A stretch of 64,000 nt of DNA. Source: Phoronis australis. Lineage: Eukaryota > Animalia > Phoronida. A model generated the notes under the pieces. The model made no database searches. It saw only the letters and a program-made list of their open reading frames with translations, and was not told the origin of the DNA. Made by a program: the position numbers and the translations under genes. Below are positions 48,059 to 60,300 of the stretch, one piece after another (within the stretch, counting starts at the first letter, position 1; each line of letters opens with the position of its first letter). Location of the stretch: contig NMRA01000463.1 of assembly GCA_002633005.1 (NCBI GenBank), positions 1 to 64,000 of the forward strand, given 5' to 3'.

Positions 48059-50203
48059 GAATGTTAAACTATTTCTGGAAGACGAGACAGGAATGCAAAC
48101 TACCAGGCAGACGACACATTGGGAAATGTTCAAGTCATCTCGCATGGCATTCCTGCGCACCATGTCGTCCCCATGTTTATTCTAGTGACGTTCTTCTCCA
48201 CTGTGCTTCTGCCAAGACACGCAAATGGCTTGGCCTTGTTCATGCCGGCGTAGGCAATTTTCCAGGGGCCGGGATATATGTTAGCTTTGAATGGTCGACT
48301 TTATTAGAAGTCGATGACCTATTTGTTTTATAGCTCTGGTCGAAACTAACAACTGCCAAGAAGCCAAATTGGAAATTGGTGACAATTGCTCTTACAATCT
48401 CCCTTACTCTTGTGAGGACGCTAATGATTTTCCACCTCCTATTGTCGGGATGCGCTATCTTTTAAACAAAAATGTTTCGTTATTACAATTGCCTGGCTGG
48501 TAATACTCATGTCAGATTGCGCATTAAATGATCCGAGTCGCCCACATAAGTTTGCACTCGGTCGCGGGGATCGCGCAAGTTGAAACGACAGATAAACAGA
48601 GTTTCTATTTGGAAAAAGGTGTTCGTTGCCGGTGTGCGGCGGTAATAGTTGGGTTGCTAAGGGGCCGTTCGGAATTCTGTTGCCTGTAAAATTTATAATC
48701 TTCGCTACTTTGAATGCGTTGGACAGTCTTGCAGGATAAGTAGACTTTGAAGCAGACTTCTTTAACTTGAAATCATCACAAAGCGGCGGCGGCAGTGGCG
48801 GCATGCATTTTGCACGAAGTCTTTTCTTTAGGCATACGTGAATACTCCACATCGTGATATTCCAGATTCGTGATCAATGCGGAGCTGATATTGTAACCGT
48901 GACAAATCTGATTGAATCACAATTGTCACCTTATTGTTAGGTGATCGCTAGCTGTTAAGTGTGGTGGCACGGTAATTAGAGGTGTGAACAGGTGAAAACT
49001 ATTCAGTGACTACCACTCTCTACGCGTACGGTTCTCCACAGTAATTAGACAAATGATCCTACCTTGCCTGTGTTAACATCGTATCTCAGCCGCTCAAAGG
49101 CCGTATGCTCCTCGGCTCTATGTCGCCGCTGACGTCGCTTTACTGACAATATGATTGTAGCCCTGGTGACGCTGAGTACATGTATAATTTCATGTAGGTT
49201 TTCGTATTTGTTTAGGCCAGACACACTGCCTTTTGGCGCTTTTTGAGTCTATATTCATTGAACTGACTATTTAATAATAATATTAAAAAATCGTTACACA
49301 CTGCTCTGAGATCTAATGAGCCGCCGTCTTACACATGACGAAATATGTTTTTGGCAAAGAAAGTTAGAAAACTTTGTTGCAAGAAGCTTAATTGCATAAT
49401 TGTTTTATTATCTCTTGAGCACATGCGTGTGTATGTACAGACCGCATTGACAGTGAATGTCATTGTAAAATTGTGATATTAATACACACGCACTACTTGT
49501 TCAAATTTACGTTTTACTGTCTTTAGAATGTTAGTACATTCACTTAAGTTTGTTAAAAGATATTTCTGACTCGCTTTCGTTTTTATCAGCACCTTACAAA
49601 TTTTCCGTTACTCAAACATACACGTAACAACTTTGACACAGACTGTGTTTGACCGCATACGCGTGCATACTTTTCGCATGAAACTTCTAGTGTTTATTCA
49701 GGGATAGGAAACGAAGTACGAGGAATTCCATATTCCTCGTTAGGCGTTGGAAAAAAACTCGAGCTCACACGTTTTTGGATGGTCCGGAGTGTCCCATCCA
49801 ATGTATTCGGCTGAGGATATTCTAGGAACTAAAAATGAGAATCAAAAATATGCGCTCGGATGAATTAACTCCACCGTGGAATACGCGGCCCCGCAATATA
49901 GTGAGTGTCCACTTTTTGCTTTTTGAGGTCGTTTCAAATTCCATTTACAATGTATCCTGTAATTGTTCCGAATTATTCTTACGCCTATTTCATAAAACAC
50001 TTGGCTACACTAATTTTCAACTCGTCGGATACTTCTTACTTTTCTGGTTGAGATATTTTAAAAAAATTGAGCGCCATGCCACGAGGCGAACTATTAATCC
50101 CAAATAGTCACAAGATTTGTTGCCTTATACAAACGTCTGCGTTCATTTTTCAACATCGTGACTTGTTGTTTTTAGAGTATTATTCAAAATTTTGACTACA
50201 GTG

Positions 50204-50280
50204 CAGGGGCGGATCCAGGATTTTGAGTTGNGACACTCGCGCTTCCGAATTGCCCAATGGAATCTGGGAATCCGCCACTG
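50204..50280. mobile_element. MITE family A short copy, 5-bp TSD CAGTG
   Basis: CAGGGGCGGATCC...AATCCGCCACTG, CAGTG both sides, single N inside at 50231. Confidence 0.8.
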
Positions 50281-50759
50281 CAGTGCATTTGCAAACACGA
50301 AGATTGCATTAATTTTCGGGTACTTTCGTACACTTACCGGCCGTGCATCAACGTCAGTTTGCTCACTTTTCAGGGCAGCGACTCGTTGTTGTTTCAAATC
50401 GAGTTCTATTCAAATTTCAATCACAGCACATTTGTAATCACGAACTTCCTTTTAGTTCCCCAAATTATTCGTACAACCGTCCTATAGAAAAAGTCAACTG
50501 CGCTCACTTTCACCTCGTGAGCCAGCACGCGAATGGGCGGGGCTTTCACTAAACGGTGATTCGAAAAAGTATGCAGGCATTGCATCCGTCGTCAAAGGAT
50601 ATCATCTCTAAGGTATAGATCAACTGGAAATTATTTATCTCTTAGCTTATGTGTCCAAATGGTTTGGATTCAAATGGGTTCAAAACACGCAAGGAGTAAT
50701 TAGGTAATGTTAAAAGTGCTCGTCTGCGAAGTAGGACAGTAGCGGCAGAAGCGAAAGTT

Positions 50760-50845
50760 TTGATTGGCTAGCGTTGTTATGATGTCACGCGTTGGGCGGG
50801 ACCAATCTGATGTGTAAACATTGATCTGCGTCAGGAAGTCAGCTT
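50760..50845 (+). promoter_or_regulatory. Putative proximal promoter of the Arrowhead/Lhx6-8 gene
   Basis: Dense motif cluster: ATTGG 50763, CRE-like TGATGTCA 50780, GC box GGGCGGG 50794, CCAAT 50802, forkhead TGTAAACA 50813, ETS CAGGAAGT 50832; followed by a donor TG|GTAAGT at 50962 and acceptor tttacag at 51231. Confidence 0.55.
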
Positions 50846-51296
50846 TCGTTAACAATCCGACTTGATATGATATCGTGCTATATATGTTGTTAAGTCATAT
50901 CTTGCGTAATTTATTTTTGCTGAAGTGGTGTCCCGTGGTTCCCCGTGGTGCCCCGTCGTTTGGTAAGTAGTTGAAACTGTACTTCGCATTTCTTAATAAA
51001 AGTAATTTATCCACGGGCGACAAGGATATGCCTATATATCTTTAACACCAAAAAGTATAATACATTAATCCTAAAATATTCGTAGAGTTAGGCACATTAC
51101 GATTATCACTACGGTTAATTTTTTTCATCATGATCATTATAACTATGACTATGTAATTACTTTGATATTGACGATGGTGTTTTGTTAGTGTTACCATTAG
51201 TATTGCCTGTCTACTTTTTGCCATTTTACAGCAAACCCAACCGGGATACTTTGAGACTTGCTACACTCGAATTCGCCAACAGGTTCCCCAATAAGC

Positions 51297-51356
51297 ATGT
51301 ATTCAGACGACAACTGCTCTACGATGTCAGACGACACAATCAGTGACAGGCTGATG
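51297..51356 (+). CDS. Awh: Awh putative first coding exon
   Basis: [20 protein letters not shown]|gtaagt, phase 0 matching the LIM1 exon; in-frame stop upstream; no homology support. Confidence 0.55.
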
Positions 51357-54300
51357 GTAAGTTTAAAAGAATATGCTGCTCGGAGCGCTTTTAAAACAAA
51401 TCTGGTTATCGCATAGGCGCGTGGTTAGATCCATACACCTGTGTGTGACGCCAGGCCGTAATCCAGACTTGAGTCTTTATGCGAAAGAGTAGAACAAGCA
51501 CCTAGGAACAGTTTCTTTTAAAATAAAGTATGAGTCATGCGCGCACCCAGGGGTGATGGGGGGGCTCGGGGGCTCGAAGGAGCCCCCCAATTTGGTGAAG
51601 TGGGCAAAAAGGTCCGCCTCAGAGAAACAAAAACTCCGAGAAAACGAGGCAAAAGTCCACTCAAAAGACGCAGAGGCACAGTTTACAGTTTTGAGGGTAG
51701 TACCCCGTTTTTTTTAGTCTTGCCCATATTTTTTCAGCAAAAGGTCCACATCGACAGAAATTCAAGCCCCCCACATTGATGGCTGGGTTCGCGCATGTGA
51801 GTAAAATTAGATATGTTGATTACAAATTATCATGTTTTCAATTTAACATAATAATTACAGAAAACTAATACGGGAGGAGAAAATGCATAAACAAACAATC
51901 ATGCGTATACAAGGGAATGCCATGTGCGAAAGAATTTAGCATATATTGAAACTCGCAGCGTTTTGGGAAAAGGTCTACTTACGGGTTATATATGCGGTAA
52001 TATTATATTCGATGACGTTATTTGTATAGTTCGGTAGCAGCCCTTTGTCAACACAAACTTCCTTGAAAACACTACTGGACCATTTGTTTGACAGCCTAAC
52101 ACAGACTAACTCATAGTGTCTTAACAATCTCCTTCGTACGTGAGTTGACAATATTTCTAAAGTAATAAATTCAAACGCAAATTTGGGGCACAACTATTTT
52201 GGTTGTTGATCCTAAAATATTACGGATATTAAGTAATAACGTGTCTTATTGTTATGACGTGACAAGAATAGGATATGCACTGTCACATCGCACTGTCAAA
52301 AAAATCTCCGTTTGAGACTTATNCGGGTTGTTAACTTCAATTACTACAAAATGCGCTCTTTATTACATCTCATTTTTGTTCACATTTCATTACGTAACTT
52401 GCACAACAGATTTACATGTAAGACGAGAGCGTATTGAGCAATACCTGCTCCCACCCTGTCTGGTTCACCTAGGTGCATTAACAACTGCTATTCGTTTGCT
52501 ACAATTTATTGAACACTTCACCAAGAATTTCTCCTTTTGCTACACTGTGATGCCTATTTGTTGTTCTACAAGGTAAAGCAAAACAAGCATTGGGTAAGAG
52601 ATTAAAGAACGTTTTCAAAAATATCCTCTTCCAGTTTATAGAGAGCACGGGACTGCACCGGTCTTTATACATGAATGTGTCAATATGACACCGAGCCACC
52701 TTCACAAAAGCAGCAGTCCCTCCAACTGAAATGATCTGAAGAGTAAACTCGATATCTTTATTTTAAAAATGCAATTTAAGAGCCGATTTTTTTACTCACA
52801 TAATTGTACACCATGTCTCAATACAACAGCAGTGAAGTGTTTCTTGCAATCACACAATCTAGTATCGTTTACAGCCGGTTTCTGAGCGGACGTGTTTTGA
52901 GTGCAGCGGTTCGTTCGCCAGCGACCGTTATATGCTGTCCTGTAATGGTCACTATTGGCACGAGTCGTGTCTTCGGTGCTGCACGTGCCTAATTTCGCTC
53001 GCCAACGATGTTTCTTGTTACTTCCGGCATGGAGATGTGTACTGCAAAAATGACTACGACAGGTAAGTAACCGTGCCTTTTTCGTAATCACGCCGCCTTT
53101 AAGTTTACCGCTGAATTTTATTTGGATGATATTTGGCTTAGTCAAGTATTTTAAGAAATTTCTACAGTATTGAGGAACTCATAATTATCGTATAAATCAT
53201 AATAATTGTATGAATTCCTTTGATTAGCGACACTGGCTTCTAACCCCCCCCCAGTCGTCACTGTTTTGGCACCGCCGCCTGGTCACCAAAAGCCCCCCTT
53301 TTCATCCCCACATTTTTTCACAGTTTGCTACCCTCGGTCGCTTTAACTTCAAACACTTCAACTCGTCGCAATTTCTCGTCCACGTCTTACAAATACGGGA
53401 TACGTGGCTGTGAGACGAGCCCCTAATGTGCGCACTGCCCCCTTCCCCCGACTGTCCTCTGTTGTCCCTGGCGTTTTTCTCATCCGCATTTTCCGTTGTG
53501 ATATCCTCATATTTTTGATACAATAGGTCAGTTAGACGACTGGCAGAGGATGCACAAACAGATGAACTGATAACAGAATAGACTTTCAGATAGCGTGTGA
53601 TAACGTCTAATTATCGCTCTGGTCTCACGTAAAGATTTCACGATCTCATTTGTCAAAAGTTAATTTACTATATGTCAAAGCCATTGAGGTCATGCTATTC
53701 TAGGTGTGCTTTTGACAGAAAGAAATGTGAAAACTGACATTATGTCAACGTCTCAGATGAAGCTTTCGTGTTACTATGATAAAAACTAAAATATCTTCTA
53801 TTTAACTGCTAGAATAAACAAAATCAAATCTAAATCGATCTGAAAAAATTCCCTCCTCCTGACAGGACAAGAACATTCAGAGATAAAAATTTACGACTTA
53901 AATATCAGAAAATCACGTGACTGCGCTGCCGTCCAAAATTTAACCACTTTGTTTCAATCATAAATTTTCTTCTCAAATCCAAGTTCGTGTTGATACTGAT
54001 CAGCACGAAATTAACTCTAGAGACCAGGTCAAATTTCTGAGCCGGAAACTCGAACAGTCACTGCTTCCGTGGCACGCTTGTAGAACAGTGTAACTGTATA
54101 AATTTGTACTCGAAAAATGCCCTGTGATTCGTGTCAACCTTTGACTTTTAGTTCTGAGATTGGTGCCAGGGTCTGATTCAGGAAAAACGACTTTTAAGAA
54201 TAAGAAATGCATTTTGATTTACACTCCCAGTTCTCGCATACGGAATAAAAAATTGTCATGTAACCTTTAGGACGTACATGTTAGTTTAGAAATAATTTCA

Positions 54301-57300
54301 GAAGGTCAACAAAAATCAGAGTAACTTGCATTTATATACATGTACATGATTTAGAGTCCTGGGATATTTTCTTATACCAGATAAAATTATATTTCAGAAA
54401 TAGTTGTGTTAATTTCTCATTTAAATCTTAGGTGGCTTTTCATGAAACGGATCCCTGATTGGAACTTTTTATAAATCTGTTTCTAGGTGTTACGTTTTGG
54501 CAGAGTACCCGGAGACAAAGTCAAAACTTTTTTTTGTCTTAAACGGGTACACGAGTTTTGCGACCAACTTGAAAGCGTCAGATATAACACATGAGTATGC
54601 CATTTTGCGATTAAGATTGAATTAGACCTTGCACTGGCGCAGCTTTTAAAAATTATAGATGCACACCAGGTCCCTGGTTCTAATCTTTTTACTCGAAATA
54701 GAACTCTAGATTATGCTTGGTATTTTCTACTCTACTTTTGTGCGAACTCAAGGTGGGTGTCTATTATTCTATACAATAATGACTTACGCGGATAATTTTT
54801 AGACCTAGTTTGCAGTTGATAAACCCAATAATAAGGCTAAAGTTAGATTTTTTACTCGAGCTAGTAGCACGAATATAAGGGTCACCAAGTGCAAACTTGG
54901 ACTAGAAACTCACATGCGTAAACTATAATGTATTCAAGCACAGTCTACTAATCACTTGAGATGGCACAAAATTAGCAATAAAAGAAATTGCCAAACACAC
55001 TTTCGAGCTCACTTCCAGTATAAAGATTAGATTCTGGGCCCGGGTAACGAGACTTGAAATGCATGAGTGAATGTGTGATACCGTACCGTGTAGTTCGTAA
55101 TGGCATGGTGCTTTGACTATTTGTTATGGGTTCGGATAAATTGGTTATGATCACTTAGGCTTTTTTGAATCGTTAACTTGGACACATACATGTTTAGCAC
55201 CAACTTTAACTGGGTTTTTATGTTACAGCATGTAATATCATTTTAATTATTTTAAAACTGACATCCCAATTAGTTCTGCATATTTTAATTGTAAATTGCT
55301 GAAACTGACCATTTGGCGAATCATTTAAATTTATTTGAAGGTTTGTTGCAAGCAAGGGCCATTAAGGTTTTTATCCGTGGCATAATGTGCTCTCAGTGCA
55401 ATCTTACCTAATAGGTATTTCCTTTTGATGGAAACTGTGGTAATCGATATTTACACCAACGCTGGGCGCATATTCGGCCGCCTTCAATATCGTCGTTGAC
55501 AGATGGTGCGGAATGTCATATGAACATTACCTTACTTAGCGCCCACCTGAGGTCAACCTTTTGTCATAACATTTACCTGTAATTCCTACCTGTAATCACC
55601 ATAAAGCGTGTCACCCACGTGCCGCTGCTAGTCCTAGATTACATCGTTCAGTTAAGCTACTTACGGTAGCCTGCGCGGTGCGCTCGTCTTTGAGTGCGAG
55701 ATTAGATTTTGACGGTTTTATTTTCAGGATAATGACTCGATGGGCCTTTGCATGCCGGCCATTATCAAATTGTGAATTAATTCTTACTTGAAGGGGATAA
55801 AGACAGAACGATGAAACTTAGTGGATTATAGACTACAGTCAATGTTAACGCAACCCGAAAGAGTGATGTCGAATCCATTGATTAAAAGAACGGAGAAGGA
55901 TTTATTTGTCCCGTTCTAAACGTTCGAAAGCAATTATACCACTTGTTCTGATTGGCAAAATGGATCGAACCAGAAACATTTAGGGTCAGGGTATGTAAAC
56001 TATCTTAACAATGGAACAGGCTTCTTGTATTCCTGAGATTTTTCTTGATATGACATTCGATATTTCATGGCACTATTGTTTTGCTTCGCAGAGTTACTGA
56101 AAAAAACTGTGTCTAGTAGTTTGTACTGCCGCTCGATTTTGTAATTTTTTGCTTTTACTGAAATAATATAAATAATAATATATGAGCACAGCCCCAAAAA
56201 TTGCTTTCGCGTTATATCCATGTTCTCATTCATTCCCTTGCATACATTCTCAAGCAAGACCGAGTACAGCCGAGTAGGAAATAAATGTACCTTTGATGAA
56301 TGCTCAATTGTCTGGAAGTAAAGCTAGGGTTCGAACCCGTGTCTCCCAAATCGGAGTCGAGCTCAAACCACTGAGCCACACTGTCTTCTGTGTTTACTGA
56401 AATAAGTGGTTTGTTGAGAGCTTTATGCCAACAACTGTTCCCCAATTCTTAAAATCGGTTTGTTATAGTATAAACACCCAAAAGTGGAGTCTGGCTTTCA
56501 AATTCTAAAAAAAACCTGCGTGTTATTTTTCGAATTATTTATTATAAAGCTGATGAACCTTTTTACACGTACAACGTTTTCAATATCTTAAGTTATGTGC
56601 CACTTCTGCCGCAATTAACGTCGATTTTCCCTCAGTTTAGTTTGTATTAGCCTTTTACTATAATATCTCACCATCTTAGAACACAGCATGGCGATTAGGT
56701 GAATTTTATAATTTCTTTTTCATTTTTTTCATAAAATTTGTAACATTTATAAAATTTTAAGGATAAACAATTCCATATCCAAGCTCAGTCCAAAGCTACC
56801 AACAGAAAACATCTTTGAAAATATGGGGATTCACAGCAATGGAAAGAGTCCTTGAAAATCGAAAAAGGTACAAATTTGCAGTTTTTTTGTTAAAAAATTG
56901 ATGAGATGTTACCACTTTCAAGAAAGTTTAAGAAGTTGACTTTTCCCGTGTTTGAGAATTTCCGTTTATTGTCTATTTTTGGAAACTTTTGGGTGCCCAT
57001 TCAGTTTGTTGTTATCAAGCTATGTTAACAATGAGGTAGACCCTACTTAGTCGACAGAAGACTAGCAACGGCAACACTGTCGCGCAACGCGCGATCATTT
57101 TCAATTCATAAGCAGTTTAGTCTCAGAATTTAGGCTAAGAACTAGCGCGACCAACTGAACAAAAAGTACGTCACGCATGTACTAATTAACACTTACGACC
57201 AATTAATAACAATTTGACAATGCACTGTGGCGTGTTACTGATATACACAATAAACACTTCGTTAGGATCACGCAACAACTTAGAAGTGTGCTCTTCTTCA

Positions 57301-60300
57301 ACAAAGAAATCATACTGCACACGTATTTATCCACGTCACTCGCTCGGTAACATAATTAACCAAAGTATCAGTCGTCACTAATTCAAGGGAGAAATCTACA
57401 ATTGATCGGACTACAAGCCACTTACCCGGACTTGGTTTTGCAGTCTACGCGGCTGGAGTACAAAACCATATGGCGGATGGTAAAACGTATTGCCCGGACT
57501 TCAAAACGCGATAGCCTAACAGGTAGTTGGCTGGATCCAAAACACGATGGCCGGCGCTATTAGCAGTTGGCCTGTGATTTCAGTATTCGACCATTGTGTT
57601 TGAGCACCGGCCCGGCTACCCATTCAGGTCCGGCCAACCAGTTTTTTGGTGCGGCCATCTGGTTTTAAGGTACCGGACAATGCGTTTTGAGGTCCGACCA
57701 CCAAGATAGATCACCGGCCATTTGGTTTTGCTGTCTAGCAGACTGGTTTTGAAGTCCGGACAAGTGGTTTTGAAGCCCCACCAATTGTTGACTCCCTTTT
57801 AACCCAGTTTTAGAAACCTCGTCAAGGACTAACATGCTGGAGCCAATTGAAGCTATTGCAAACTCACGTTTCCTCGAAGAGGTAACTCGAATTACCAGGT
57901 CTCAAGTGGTCTTACTTTACTCTTTTTCTTTGGGCCATTTTTCTCAGTCGCTCAGCAAATTACGAAATTTTCCTCTTCGTTCAAATTAGGCCATTCACGT
58001 GACTCGTCTGCTGTACCGCGCTGAACGATTGCATAATTTCGGAAGCACGTTCTATGGCTTCTCCCTCTAGCTTCTTAGGAGGACTGTGAGTTCTCGTAAA
58101 CGCCTACTTCCCATCTTAGAGTCTTGTGTACTTCTCGTGCCCCTCAGCTCAAGTTATGCGCGTGTTTATTTTATGCACATGCACATGCTTCAGAATAAAA
58201 TATTATTTCGCTTCACGTTTGCGTTTGTGCATTTACCTTTGATTGAGTGCATTCGCCGCTAAGAATTTTTCCTTACGCAAATTAGAGGTCATTTATGGGC
58301 ACGGAATGAATTGCCAGCTCCTTACCTAGACAGAGCCACCTATCGTTGGATACATGTACCTTGGGTATGATCTCAATGTCAATTCTTTACAAGATCAGGA
58401 ATATTTGAGCAACGCACAATAACACCAGTTTCGCAGTGGAAATAATGGTGCAAATCAAATTTTTGCTTGTCTTTAACAAAACAAGAATAAATAGGAGAAA
58501 CTTTTTACGCCCTTTGCATGTTTTCCAGACTTTTTTAACATTCAAAATTGTAACCAGAGAAAGCGTCATTCTTAACGTTCACTCAAAAGACGAGGAAATC
58601 ATTTTTAGAGAGGGGAACAATCGTTCATTTTTTGTACTGATCGATCTCGAAGGAAAATTATCTCCCTTCAGCTTCACTGGGAGCTCTCATGAGATTCATG
58701 TTATTTGTGTTCAGGTGTTGATTCTCGTTTTATCAACGCATGTAAATGAAATTGAAATAACGGAATTTCAATTCCATTTTCATGAAAAACGTGTTTGTCA
58801 ATTTCGTATTCCTTAACTTATTGAAGTCTTTAGCCGGTAAAACAGTATATTAGTTTTAAACCCCAAGTCGCGATAACTCGCAAATTGTAGAATCACACTA
58901 TCCTTGTGTGGAAATTAGTAATTAGTCGGGAGTCAGACACTTCGGTAGACATAATTTATGAGCAGACATTTGTTAATATCTTGCTGACTCACGTGATTCG
59001 ACAAAGCACATGAGCACGATAAAACTCTTCACGCTACTTAACCACCTTACAGGGTATATCGAAACGTTATATTGAAAGAAGACAGATAAGGTCAAATAAG
59101 TCAGAAAATCTTGGGACCCAAGGATATAGTCCGGTTGATTTCACTTTTCTACTGAACACGTAGTTTTTGTCATGTTTGCTTATCTATCTTCTGCCAGTAG
59201 AGAATTCAAATCGACACAAACCAAACGCCCGAGGATAAAAACTGTCTTTATCGACTTCCAAGATTATCCAACTTAAACACGTTAGGCCGTATCGATTTTC
59301 TCTCGATGAAATATATCCGCACGACAAGTTGTTAAATAATATTTATTTGTTACCGTATGTACACGTCGCTGACGGAATGGGGTTTATTTTTCAATGGGAT
59401 CCCTGTTTTTATCTTTGAGCACGTTCTATGAGCGTTGTGTTTAATAACATGGGCGGATCCAGGATTTTGTGCTGGACAGGGAAGAATATTGGTCAGGATT
59501 TTGCCGTCAGACAATCGCACTCCCGAACTGCCAAACGGAATTTGGGAGAATTTTAAGGAGGGCGTGGCCCCCTTGGCCTCCCTCTAAATCCGCCACTGAA
59601 TAAGCACATGTATTCAACAACAATTCATAAATTGACCAATACAATGTAGATGTTGAAGAGTAGGGGATCTCCACAGAGGAGTCAAACCTGCGTGTCGAGA
59701 ATAACCCATTTCGCAAACAGTTACGAGTAAAATAGATTTTTTATTACAACTCACTTGTGAAAACTGAAATCTTCATCATGGCCCGTAGAAAGATAGGAGG
59801 GTCGAGGTACATGTATATCACGAACGTACAGCGTACGTCCGGGTGAACCCAAGGAATATCTTTAAATGGATTTTGCGTTTATTTTTCAGTCAATTTGGTG
59901 TGAATTGCGACAAATGCTTTCAACGAATCCATCGTTTAGATTGGGTCCGGCGTGCTGGAACAAGAACCTACCACCTGGCATGCTTCGCGTGCTACGCGTG
60001 CAAGAGACAACTGTCGACGGGGGAAGAATTTTCTCTGATGAGTGACAAGTTGCTGTGCAAGGTTCACGCTGTTGAAGACTCGGGTGATTGCGCTGAAAGA
60101 GGTATTGTAATACATCGCGTGCTATTAAATGGTAATTGAGGGAACCACTTTACTACTTTCTAAATTCAATCACAACCCTTAGGAATGTATTTTCTGCCAT
60201 CAAATTTCACAGACCATTTTTTCTGCCAAGAATTGCGCCCATGTACATGTAACGGAGAGCTACGAAAACAGAGCTGGGTCTTGTAACGGACAATGCACAA

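Noticed and set aside
52328-52576. 82-aa ORF ending at AAG|GTAAAG as an extra Awh exon
   Set aside because: No Awh-like sequence; flanking exons already join in phase.
56310-56386. tRNA gene
   Set aside because: A and B boxes present but acceptor and anticodon stems do not close; treated as SINE head.
60030-60060. Hammerhead ribozyme core CTGATGA (also near 13421, 16588, 56550)
   Set aside because: No stem II plus GAAA with flanking helices; this one lies in the LIM2 exon.
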